Below, piece by piece: positions 23,566 through 35,700 of a stretch of 64,000 nt of DNA. Origin of the DNA: Octopus vulgaris (lineage: Eukaryota); contig OX597828.1 in the NCBI GenBank assembly GCA_951406725.2, forward strand, positions 68,076,001-68,140,000, in the 5' to 3' direction. The position numbers and the translations under genes were made by a program. The notes under the pieces were generated by a model, which searched no databases, had not been told where the DNA came from, and worked only from the letters and a program-made list of their open reading frames with translations. Positions within the stretch are counted from its first letter, which is position 1, and every line of letters starts with the position of its first letter.

Positions 23566-24311
23566 TTGTTATCATCGTTGCCGTCAACATTTAACATCTA
23601 TTCTCCATGCAAGCCATCCATGTTGGATGACTTGACAGGAAATGGCAAGGCAAAGGGGCCACACCAGGTTCCATAGTCTGTTTTGGCTTGGTTTCTACAG
23701 CTTGCAGCCCTTCTTAATGTCAGTCATTTACAGAGTGCACTGGGTGCTTTTTTGATGGCACCAACACCTACACCAATATGTTTTATGTGGTACCTAGGTT
23801 TAAGGATCCGGAGCAGTTTTGATGGCAGGAATGGGAAAGGCATAAGAAGTCAGTGTTGTGGATGATGAATGATTTTGAGTATAGGAGGACACACAAAGAG
23901 GAGGATAAGGTTAACAGACAACCCCACATGTGGAACGACAGGATTAATAATGGTACACATGTGGGAGAGGACAGAGTTAAGTAAAATTAATCCCAATACA
24001 TGACTGGTACTTTGTTTCATCAAACCTGGAAAGAAAAAAGCAAATTTAACCCTGGAGATTCATCATCATCTAATGTCTGTTTCCCATGCTGGCATGGGTT
24101 GGACAATTTGACAGGAGCTGACCAGCTGAAGGCCTGTTCTGTTTCCCTGTCTGTTTAGCATACTCTCTGTGGGTCCCAATATTTGTAGGTCCCTGTGAGT
24201 CCCAACGTCTGTAGAGTGTGATGATTTATTACTAAAATCGCACAAACAAGCTATTTTATTTGTTTCTTCAAATCAATTCTGCCACAAAACCAACCTTCAG
24301 TAGTGTATATA

Positions 24312-24650
24312 TCATCATCATCGTTTAACGTCCGCTTTCCATGCCAGCATGGGTTGGACGATTTCACTGAGGGCTGGCGAACCTGATGACTGCACCAGGC
24401 TCCATTCTGATCTGGCAGAGTTTCTACAGCTTGATGCCCTTCCTAATGCCAACCACTCTGAGGGTGTAGTGGGTGCTTTTATGTGCCACCAGCACGAGGG
24501 CTAGTCAGGCAGTACTAGCAATGGCCATGCTCAGATGGTGTTTTTTATGTGCCACCTGCACAGGAGCCAATCCAGCGGAAGTGGCAACGACCTCGCTCAA
24601 ATATTTTTTCATGTGCCACCAGCACAAGTGCTAGTAAGGTGACATAGGTA
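24312..24650 (-). mobile_element. RTE 3'-UTR fragment
   Basis: tail and tandem units in reverse. Confidence 0.85.
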
Positions 24651-24696
24651 GTACTAGTAAGGTCACACACACACACACACACATATATATATACCC

Positions 24697-25210
24697 ATAA
24701 ATGAAAGGTTTAGTCCACTTTGAACTTTTAAACCCAAACCAAATGATTACAAAGGAAATCTACTGTGAGCAGCTTGAGGGGCTTAAGTCAGCACTAGAAG
24801 AAAAACGTCCATCTTTGGTTTTAAGACAAAAGGTGTTCTTCCATCAGGATATGGCTCAGCCACACACGCCAACGATGACATTCCAAGGGCTGGAGCAGTT
24901 TAAATGGGAAACAATGCCCCACCCACCATATTCGCTAGACATTGCCCCTTCTGATTATCATCTATTCCGCAGTCTTCAAAATTATTTGGATGGAAAAAAT
25001 ATGAATTCTGTAGACGAGAACAGAACAGTACTGGAGGAGTATTTATCATCACAAACGAGTGAATTTTGGAAGAGGGGCCTTGCAAGTCTACCAGATAGAG
25101 CATTGTATAAGATGAAGGAGAGTATATTTTAGATTGAAAAAGAACTTTATCTTAATTTTGAATAATAAAAGTATTATAAAAAAACCGAATTATTTCTGGG
25201 ATGTCCCAAT
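24697..25210 (+). pseudogene. 3' half of mariner (DD34D), same family as 10523-11797
   Basis: FHQDMAQPH...HPPYSLDIAPSDYHLFRSLQN, right TIR gaattatttctgggatgtcccaa|TA. Confidence 0.9.
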
Positions 25211-25577
25211 ATATATATATATATATAAATATATATGCCAATATGTTTTATAGTGTCTCCTTTTTTCATGCTTCATTTATGTAAATTATATTTCTTGTAA
25301 ATTTTCAGAACCAGCCCAAGGATGGTAATAAGCACAAGCATGTATGTATGCACACACACACACACACACACCTATAAATACACATTTTCATACAAACAAA
25401 TATATAACATACCTCTACAGTTTCAGTCAACCAAATTCTGCTGAAAAGGAGTTGGTCAACCAGAGACTGCATTGGAAGATACCCTCCCAAGATGATGTGC
25501 AGCAAGATTGAACCTGGAACACAAGGTTGTGAAGCAAAATTCTTAAGCACACACCTACATTTGCACCAGTGTATATA

Positions 25578-25798
25578 TGTATAAGTTCATCAAAATTTAG
25601 ATTCAGATGAATATGGTACTTAAGTTAAAGGCATCAGAATTTTATATGGTATTATCCATATAAATCAAAAGGGGTGATTATAATCAAAATAAGCAACAAG
25701 GATATCCAAGGTAGAGTAGTACAATTGTTTCATGCTACTTCATTTTATTAAGCACTGTAAGTATTACGTCAGTTTTAAAATGTCGAACAGTCTTCAGC

Positions 25799-25801
<3 letters not shown>
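25578..25801 (-). mobile_element. Penelope-like pLTR fragment, copy 1
   Basis: near-identical to 38927-39150; flanked by microsatellites; carries hammerhead motif. Confidence 0.65.
25716..25801 (-). ncRNA. Putative minimal type I hammerhead ribozyme, copy 1
   Basis: gtgg-CTGAAGA-c-tgtt..loop..agca-t-GAAAC-AATT-GTA-ctac. Confidence 0.6.
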
Positions 25802-25856
<55 letters not shown>

Positions 25857-25860
<4 letters not shown>

Positions 25861-26530
25861 GTATTTGGGCTAAATTTGATGGTTTGCATAAATGGAAAAG
25901 AAAACACAACATCCTATCAAAAAATGTCAGCTCGATTATTGCTGGGAGATAACAATTTATCCAAAGTTGCTGCCCTCACTTTCCAGCACAGCCTCAGGCA
26001 GGTTCCAGAACCTGGCACATGTGTTTCTCACTGTGTCCTTAGGAAGATCTTTGAATACCTTGATCTTGACCATCTGCTTGGCCTTGTTGTTGCACGCATT
26101 GCAGTTGATGTCTTTCTCAACTGCACCCCACACATAGTAATTGCTAGGCCAGAATTACAAGGAATTAGGAGGCCATAAGTTGGGGTTGGTGAACTCATAG
26201 AAATTCTCCAACAATCACTTCTGACTCTTTCCTGAGGTGTGGCAAGGAACCAAATCTTGCTGCTACACATTTAGCCTTCAAGCAGCAACCACCTCCTGCC
26301 AAGGTTTCACTGCAGTCTCCAACAGCTTCAGATTATCACCTGAATTGAGCCTAAGGTTTGTTCAAAGATGTCGGCTGGCATGATGTCACCCTCACTGGGG
26401 ATACACCCAAAGACTATCATCACGGTTTGAGGGAATTTGATTTCCATGATGCATGGGACAACACATGTGTTGTAAGCAAGCCACCTGTTGTTCTCGGTGT
26501 TGTACATCTGGTCCTTCTTTTCATCTGAGA
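25857..26530 (-). pseudogene. Decayed DD37D (maT-type) Tc1/mariner transposase
   Basis: FSDEK, QQD..PCHT, LWPPNS..YYVWGAVEKDIN; 37 residues between second and third catalytic positions; stops present. Confidence 0.8.
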
Positions 26531-26784
26531 GTGTGGGGATGAGGTGAACAGAATTAAATGGTCAGTGACGTCAATGGCTGAGAAGAGTGAGTGACGATGT
26601 GGGCTTCTTTGGCGTCAGGCAGTGGGAGTGGACAGATGTGTGTAGATATGCAAGCTAGGAAGGGTTGAGCACATCTCGGATTTGACCCAGCCAAATAGTC
26701 GACACTGAGAGGTAGATGAAATATATTACAATTTCATATGTCCTAATTTTGCATGTTACACTGTCATATACCATAACCATGTGT

Positions 26785-27014
26785 GAAGGTGGCGAGCTGG
26801 CAGAAACGTTAGCACACCGGGCGAAATACGTAGCTGTATTTCGTCTGCTGTTACGTTCTGAGTTCAAATTCCGCCGAGGTTGACTTTGCCTTTCATCCTT
26901 TCAGGGTCGATAAATTAAGTACCAGTTACGCACTGGGGTCGATGTAATCGACTTAATCTCTTTGTCCTTGTTTGTCCCCCTCTGTGTTTAGCCCCTTGTG
27001 GGTAGTAAAGAAAT
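26785..27014 (+). mobile_element. Full-length SINE B1 with 19-bp TSD
   Basis: atataccataaccatgtgt at 26766-26784 and 27015-27033. Confidence 0.92.
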
Positions 27015-28952
27015 ATATACCATAACCATGTGTATCCCAGGTGTATATGACCTAAATCTTGTATTTTACTATTTTTTATTTTACAGTTTTCTAAGTTACA
27101 ATCTGGTATGTCACAATTTTTACTATTCATGATATTCAACTTGTGAAAATTTGTAAATTTCTCTACAAAGAAAACCCATTAGTCTAAGATCTTTTCAATT
27201 TCAATGATTCCTGATTTGTGATAATGTTCAAAATGTTTTCCATGTCCCAGCCTATGATCTTAAGTCAAAAGACATTTTATATTTGGTGTGATTTAGTCAT
27301 TTCCTAATTAGTATAAATTGTAATTGCTCTGATGTTTTTATTAATTGATTCGGTTGTATGCCACTCTGGTTCTGTTGTTTTTGATAAGTTTTAAACTCAT
27401 TCAATGTGAAGATTTTCAAAAACACTTAAAAAAACAAAAGTTTTTAGAAAATATTTCCAAACTCTTTTCTTTTTTTCAGAGAATTTTGAAGTTATCATCA
27501 TTTAAAAAATATATCTTATTTGCTCACCATTTCTAAAGTTCATATTACCAGACATGTTAGAATTATTCGAACATATAAAAAAACGGTGTCCTCCAAGACA
27601 GGTTTGAAAAAATAACAGTTTCACAACCGGTGTTATGATATAAGACATCCTGGTTTGAATAATTACAACAAACTGGACTCTACTAAAGACACCCAAGGAC
27701 CAAGTGCAGCTGATAAACCAGAAGATGAATTAGATCTCTGTTTCATGATGTCTCTTATGAACACAATCAACAATAGAAATTTTTAAATGAAACTTATTTT
27801 GTTGAAGTTTTATTGATTCTGAACTTAAAAGTTTTAAAATTTCCTCATTTCCAACCAGAATAAGTTCCAAAAATATTGTAATTGATTTTAGAAATTATAA
27901 TTCAGTTTTCAGAACTTTACATCGATAGAAAAACAGAAAATTCTAGCACTCTCAGTTTTCAAGCTTTTACAATGCTTTGATATTATTTTCACAGTTATTT
28001 TCTTCCTTTTATAATTTTAAAAGTGATATTTTCTCATTTTCATGTTTCTAAATATGTCAGTATTGATAAACTTCATTTTACCATCTCTGTTGTAGAATTC
28101 TTTGAAATGTAGAAATTTTCAATTTTTCATGACCCTGGACCTTTTTATAATAAAATTGAAAATTTCTATAATTCTAAGAAATACTTGAATTTGTCCTATT
28201 TTCTTATGATCTGTAATGTCTGTGATCCTGAGACATTGAGACTTATCACAATTTGTCACTATTACACTGCACCACACACAATTTCTTATGATGCCCACCC
28301 CTTAAGACGTGTCACAAATGATCACTGCATTCCTCCACCTTCTTTAACCCCCAGGGTCCTGGATATACCACAATTACCCATAATCATTCTCTTAAAATTG
28401 TTGATCTTGAAATTATTTTAAATGTTGATATTTTCAAATTTAAACAATTTTTTTTTCAGCTGGTATCTATCATACTTTGCTAATGTTTGTCATTTTTGAA
28501 AAATATTAAGAATTTGTTCTAAGTTATTAAGTATTTCAAATGTTCCATACTAATTAGAATTTATCATTAAATTCTCTTGAGTGTAGATATCATTTGAACA
28601 TTGTAAAATACTAATCAATATTGACCTTTATATAATTATAATTCTAAGAAAGAATTGGTTTCCTGAGGGAAATCCAGAGAAGAAACTGTGCAGCAAGTAT
28701 AGTTGGCTGTGTGGTTAACAAGTTGGCTTCACAACTACATGGCTCTGGGTTCAATCCCACTGCATAACATCCTAGGATAGTGTCTTCCCTCTTAGACTCT
28801 AGTTGACCAATATCTTGTGAGTGGCATCTGGGGGACAGAAATTGTGTGGCAATCCACACCTAGATGGACATTCCCATATCCCTTTTGCCATCAGAAATGC
28901 AGTAAGCCATTGGAAAGTTATGGTCACTAAATGGTGAACTTTTCTGGTTTAA

Positions 28953-29171
28953 CCCTTTAGTGTTCTGATTATTCAATCAAACATAATGCTTATTGATTCA
29001 CATTGATTTTAATTAATCAAGCATTATTTCATATCTTCAAGATCTTGATGGTGTAATTACTTAATGTAGAATAACATTGTAGGGTAGTTGTGAGAGCCTG
29101 GATCTGGTCAGTTTGAACATAAAATAGATTAAATATTTTGGCCGGATATGACTAGTTTAAATACTAAAGGG
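28953..29171. mobile_element. piggyBac-like MITE, family 2
   Basis: TTAA|ccctttagt ... actaaaggg|TTAA; second copy ~31757-32418 split by a SINE. Confidence 0.8.
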
Positions 29172-29385
29172 TTAAGTTCACAAATTGAATGTATCATAAT
29201 GAATAAAATACAATATATGCATAGATATTATTTCAAATATATTGATATTTACAATCTGTCTCTCTCTCTCTTTATATGTATATATACACTTTTATTAAAG
29301 TTGAATAAATCTTCACAAACTGTTCATTGGACAGATGTGATCATACTTCATTCAAAAATTTTGTGAGTTGAGTTCCATTTTCCAG

Positions 29386-29448
29386 CTGTTCCTTCTTCCT
29401 CTTAAGCCGTGAGATACACAATTGGAGCAATATGATCACAACTGTCAG
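29386..29448 (+). CDS. Candidate upstream SMYD exon (63 nt, phase 2/2; in-frame ATG at 29432, MITTVR)
   Basis: ttttccAG acceptor and AG|gtaaca donor; phase fits exon 29654; no SMYD-like residues. Confidence 0.35.
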
Positions 29449-29653
29449 GTAACAGTTTGTGAAGGTTTTTTCAGCTTTGATTAAAGCATATTACTTTACC
29501 TTCAGTATTTGAGTACTATTTTTATACCATACTTGTTTTGTGCTTACTCGTGTGTGTGTGTGTATACACTCACACACATCCACATATAAACACATGCATA
29601 TGTACACACACACATATACATAATATCACAAGTTTTCTAAATTTGTTGTTAAG

Positions 29654-29717
29654 GTCTGACCACTTGGAAAACTGTCCTGGATGTTCCCTTCTTTGGTACT
29701 GCAGTCCAAGCTGTAAG
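29654..29717 (+). CDS. SMYD3: SMYD3-like exon, MYND finger (SDHLENCPGCSLLWYCSPSCK)
   Basis: ttaAG|...AAG|gtaggg, 64 nt, CxxC...YCS..C pattern. Confidence 0.9.
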
Positions 29718-32700
29718 GTAGGGTTTTTACTCAGTCTTGTTTGTCTCACTTCTCTGCCATCTTCCCCAAAAAACAGTCCAGCCCCAGAACATCACAATCT
29801 TCCTCCTTTCACAATACTAAAAGCAATTTATTCTCTTTCCCTAATGTTCTTTCACATAACTTTGTTAATCCTTGAAATACCTGTCACACCTTAATGATGG
29901 ACTTACATTTCAGTTGAAACCTTGATGATGATGATGACGATTTTGCCACAAGGGCATATCTCCAAAGGTCTTGGTCATTTATCATTGCTTCTGTGATGCC
30001 CAGTGTTCGAAGGTTGTGCTTCACCACCTCATCCCGTGTCTTCCTGGGTTTCCCTTCTTCCATAGGTTCCTTTCAATGTTAGGCTGTGACATTTGTTCAC
30101 ACAGCTGCCTTCATTCATTCCCAACATATGACCCTACCAGAGCAGTCGTCTCTCTTGCACACCACATCTGATGCTTCTTAGGTCCAACTTTTCTCTCAAG
30201 GTGCTTACACTCTGTCGGGTATGAACACTGACATTACACATCCAGCGGAGTATACTGGCTTCATTCCTTGCAAGCTTATGCATGTCCTCAGCAGTCACGG
30301 CTCATGTTTCACTACCATATAGCATGGCTGTTTGCACACGTGTCATACAGTCTACCTTTTACTCTGAGTGAGAGGCCCTTTGTCACCAGCAAAGGTATGA
30401 GCTGCCTGAACTTTGTCCAGGCTATTCTTATTCTAGCAGCTACTACGCTCTCAGAGCATCCACCTCCAATACTAACTTGGTCACCTTGGTAATGGAAGCA
30501 ATCAACTACTTCTAGTTTTTTTCAAAATGGAATGTGATGGAATCTGTTTTCTGTACATCTTTGGTGTTTATTGCCCCGGTGCATCTGCCACACACAAAAA
30601 CTATCTTCCCAGTTAGCCTTTATTTGATATTGCTGTACCTCTTATGTGGCCATAAATTACACCAGGCACATCTTATGGAGTTTCTACCTATGCCTTTTCT
30701 ACAGATCAAGCAGGGCCATCTACCTGATGACATTTGTGATTTGTCTGCCTTTCTACTTAGTAAGATTTCGGTTTTTGCTAGATTGACTCTAAGGCCCTTT
30801 GATTCTAAACCTTGCTTCCACACCGGAAACTTCTTCTCTAGTTCTAGTAGTGACTCAGCTATTAGAGCAAGGTCGTCAGCATAGAGGAGCTCCCAGGGGC
30901 AGCCTGTCTTGAATTCCACTGTTATTGCCTGGAGGACTATGATGAATAAGAGGGGGCTGAGGATTGATCCTTGGTGAACCCCTGCTTCTACCCGGAATTC
31001 TTCACTGTACTCATTTCCAACCCTCATCTTACTGACAACATCCCTGTACATGGTTTGAATTATAATGTCTCAAGTGTTTTGTGAAAGGGAACAAAGGTAA
31101 ATGATATATCTGTTATCTCTTCAGGAAATGGATCTTGATGTACATAGAACTGAATGTCTTTGCTATCAGAACCAAGGTGATCCAGTGTTGCCACCATCAG
31201 ACATCAGAATGGTATTGCGACTGGTTATCCGATGGCAGGTATGTGATTTCTATTTCTTCCAACAATATTTAATTTAGCTCCCTGATATTCCCTGTGGAGT
31301 TTTTAGACCATTTCTTAGACCATGTCTGTTTTCAGGCTTTAGATGTTAGGATAACTTGAAACCTTGATGTACCGACCACTGGGTCGTAGTGTCTACCACC
31401 ATCCCAATCTCAGAGTTCCAACAAAGGTTACTGGTGCTGTACTTCCTTTTTCTCACTAATAAGATCTGCTGCCACTCACTCTTAGCCTATACCTTGTGGT
31501 TTTAGGAGGCCAGTGTCACAAGAAGACACCTTCTCAGCCTTGTCACCCTTAACCCAGTGAAACATTCATGATGTAACTACTTAAAGGAGATGGGGTTGTC
31601 TATGTGTTTGATTGCTGTTTTGGTAACTGATTCCTGGAAGAACAGCTGGTGAAGTTGACTTTCACAGAATTTGGACCAAGAACCCAGAGAACTAGAATTA
31701 CAGTAAGACATTCTATGTGACCCCTTAACAACCCTATTTACCATTTTATACCTTGACCCTTTATCGTTCAGATTACTCTGTCAAATATAATGCTTATCCA
31801 ATTAGATTGTTTTTAATTAATCATACATTAAACATAGGAGTGGCTGTGTGGTAAGTAGCTTGCTTACCAACCACATGGTTCCGGGTTCAGTTCCACTGCG
31901 TGGCACGTTGGGCAAATGTCTTCTACTATAGCCACAGGTCGACTAAAGCCTTGTGAGTGGATTTGGTAGACGGAAACTGAAAGAAGCCCATCATATATAT
32001 GTATATATATATATATAAATGTATGTGTGTGTATATGTTTGTGTGTCTGTGTTTCTCCCCCCAACATCACTTGACAACCAATGCTGGTGTGTTTACGTCC
32101 CTGTAACTTAGCAGTTTGGCAAAAGACACCGATAGAATAAGTACTAGGCTTATAAAGAATAAGTCCTGGGATTGATTCGATCGACTAAAGATGGTGCTCC
32201 AGCATGGCCACAGTCAAATGACTAAAACAAGTAAAAGAGTAAGAGAGAGAGAGAGAGAGAGTAAAAGAGTATCTCATAACTTTGAAATTTTGATGATGTG
32301 ACTGTTTATATTTACAATGACATTGTAGGGTAGGTGTGAAAGGCTTGATCAGGCCAGTTTGAACAATAAAACAGGTAGATTATTTTGGTCAGACATGGCT
32401 GGTTTAAATGGTAAAAGGTTAAAGTTCTTAATTAATGCAGATATTGGTAAGTCTGGTGATAAAAGTGTTTTTTTGTTTTGTTTTGGCCAGAACAAAGACT
32501 ATTGTAAAGAATTTGTTGAAGACCCAATGTGGAAAAGACAGTTCCTTGAATTAATGTCACGTATGTAGTTATTTACTCTTTTATTGGTTCTACTCACTGA
32601 ACTGGGGCCATGTTGGAGCACTACCATTATTTAATAATTTTTATGTAAATTTTGTTTCCTTTATTAACAAAATATTTTCATTTTCATAAAATTTTGATAT

Positions 32701-35700
32701 ATTTTTTTTATATATTAAAACAATTATTAAACAAAAATATATCTTATGATTAGTCTTTCTCTTTTCTTGTCTTCTATGCATATTTCCCAGCCAATAACTA
32801 GTAATTACTTTTCATCATCATCATCGCTTAACGTCTGTTTTCCATGCTAGCATGGGTTGGATGGTTTGATCGGGGTCTGGGAAACCAGAAGACTGCACCA
32901 GGCTCCAGTCTGATCTGGCAGTGTTTCTATAGCTGGATGCCCTTCCTAACGCCAACCACTCCGTGAGTGTAGTGGGTGCTTTTTACGTGTCACCGGCACA
33001 GGTGCCAGACGAGTCTGGCAAACAGCCACGATCGAATGGTGCTTTTTATGTGCCACTGGCACGGGGGCCAGGCAAGGCTGGCAACGGCCACGAACGGATG
33101 GTGCTTTTTACGTGCCACCAGGTTAAACAATTTTGTTTTGGTAGAAAACTAATATGCACAGCATTCCTCCTCTAACTACATTATATTTGCCTATAGTAGA
33201 AGACCTATGTATAAGTACGATAATAGAGATTTAAAATCTGTTCCAGATTATCAGGAATTGAAACAAAGTGGTGTCAAATTCAATTTAACTTATTTCCATG
33301 ATGTGGTTGGAAAGACTCTTGAGTTACCCTCGGATGAAACTATATTTGAAATGTATGGAAAAGTGAGTTTTACAATCAATTTCATCACTTCTGTTTAACA
33401 CTGTTGTTATTGTTACTATTGTTGTTGTTTCTGCTGCTGTTGCTGTTGAGCGTAGCGGTCTTCGTCCCAGAGTGGGAGAAGTCCAAAACGTGGTCCTTTG
33501 CTATTTGTAAGACCCGCAGAAGAGAAAGCAGGTCAACCCCCGACACCGAGAGCATCGACGGATGGATGAATGCGCATCCAGGCTCAGCGGTTGCGTAGGA
33601 AGTCGGGGACAGGAAACAGGAAGAAAGAGTGAGAGAAAGTTGGGGTGAAAGGGAACAACAGGGGTCGCCGCCAACCCGTGCCGGAGCATCGTGGAGCTTT
33701 AGGTGTTTTCGCTCAATAAACACACACAATGCCTGGTCTGGGAATCGAAACCGCGATCCTCCATCCGCGAGTCCACTACCCTAACCATTGGGCCATTGTG
33801 CCTCCACTTGTTGTTTCTGCTTCTGTTACTATTGTAGTAATAATGTTGTTGTTTAGCCCAAGGTCAGATTAATTAAACAAACTCATGGTTAAAAGTATTA
33901 TAGAGTCCTTTATATTTTTAAGACTTGTGGATGTGATTTAGCTGACATTCCTACTTGGTCAAGCAATTGCATAGAGGGCAGAGGGCGCTTTTTTTTTTGT
34001 TGGCTAATTGAAGTTATTGTTAATGAGGTGGTGTTGGTGATTGATGGCCTGGTCAATCTGGTGCTGGAGCAGTTGTTTTCCTTGTTGTGGTTATAGTTGT
34101 GGCTGTTGTTGCAAGCCATTTATATATTCCTGATTCTTGCTCTTTGACTGTTTTGGTCATATTTTTGGCACTACGATATAACCATCAACATATATATTTC
34201 TTTACTACCCACAAGGGGCTAAACACAGAGGGGACAAACAAAGACAGACAAAGGGATTAAGTCGATTATATCGACCCAGTGCGTAACTGGTAATTAATTT
34301 AACGACCCCGAAAGGATGAAAGGCAAAGTTGACCTCGGCGGAATTTGAACTCAGAGCGTAATGGCAGACGATATACGGCTACGCATTTCGCCCGGCGTGC
34401 TAACCATCAACATAGCCAACATATGATGGAACCACCAGACAGAAGTCTCAAACTAAACTAAAATATGGCAGCAGCAGAAAACCTAAACACAGAAATAAGT
34501 ATACAGCCTCTTTGTTTTTTTTTTGTTTTGTTGTTTTTTATCTTGAAGGAATTCTATTTTGCTGTTTATTCCAGATGCTTATTAACTGTTTTGCAATTCC
34601 TGATGAAGATTATACCCTCTCTATTGGAACTGGAATTTATCTGAGGTAAAAATCAAGTAATCTTATTTGATGCTTAGAGCTATAATTAATTATCTGTATT
34701 GATATTGGAACATTATTTAATTTTTAAATTCCTCTACTGCAACTGTTGGGAAATCTTCTTCTGCTACATAGAACCACAATTCGAATTATGTTCTTGCTTT
34801 GCCCCACCCCTCCAAATAAGAACTAAGCACTCTTCTTTGCAAGAAACTTAGTTTAGCTTCATTTTAAAAAGAACTTCTTGTTAGCATCATCATCATCATC
34901 ATTTAACGTCCGCTTTCCATGCTAGTATGGGTTGGACGATTTTGACTGAGGGCTGGTGAACCAGATGACTGCACCAGGCTCCAATCTTGATCTGGCAGAG
35001 TTTCTACAGCTGGATGCCCTTCCTAACACCAACCACTCCGAGAGTGTAGTGGGTGCTTTTACGAGCCACTGGCATGGGGGCCAGTCAAGCGGTACTGGCA
35101 ACGACCTCGCTCGAATCCTTTTACACATGCCACCAGCACAGGTGCCAATAAGGCGACGTTGGTAACGATCACATTCGAATAGTGCCCTTTTACGTGCCAC
35201 CGGCATGGAAGCCAGTTGGTTGCTCTGGCAACGATCATGCTCAGATGGTGCTCTTGGCACCTTACTTGCATGGGCACAAGTGCCAGTAAGGTGACGCTGG
35301 TAACGATCACACTCGAATGGTGCCCTTTTATGTGCCACTAGCACAGAAGCCAGTTAGCTGCTCATGCTCGTATGGTGCTCTTTGCACCCCGCTAGTACGG
35401 GTGCCAGTCATCGAATTTGATTTTGATTTCTCTTGCCTCAACAGGTCTTCACAAGCAGAGTTTAGTGTCCAAGGAAGGAAAAGGTACGCATAAGCGGGCT
35501 GGTTACGCTCCTGACATGGGCCACAGGTTATGTGTTTCTATTTGTCATGTATTCAGAGAATTTCTTTGGATATTTTTGTTGCTATGGTTTTCATGCATCA
35601 TAGCAATAATATCTCAATTGGTGAGTTAGAATTTCATTGGTAAATATTTATTAATGATTGTTGTGAATGGCTGTCACTATCATACAGTGTCATTCATTTC

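Noticed and set aside
24701-25132. 143 aa mariner ORF upstream of a SET gene (possible SETMAR-like fusion)
   Set aside because: Catalytic motif damaged (DMAQPH), C-terminus frameshifted, no splice link to SMYD exons, and domain order opposite to SETMAR
26785-26880. tRNA-like sequences with A/B boxes (also 31837, 33730-33807, 41219)
   Set aside because: SINE heads continuing into SINE bodies, some with TSDs; no complete cloverleaf
28185-28421. ICNVC-containing ORF as candidate SMYD exon 1
   Set aside because: No phase-2 donor after the CxxC and no N-SET-like sequence
34884-35400. Regularly spaced repeats resembling a CRISPR array
   Set aside because: Tandem units of an RTE UTR in a eukaryote; the intervening sequences are themselves homologous and there are no cas genes
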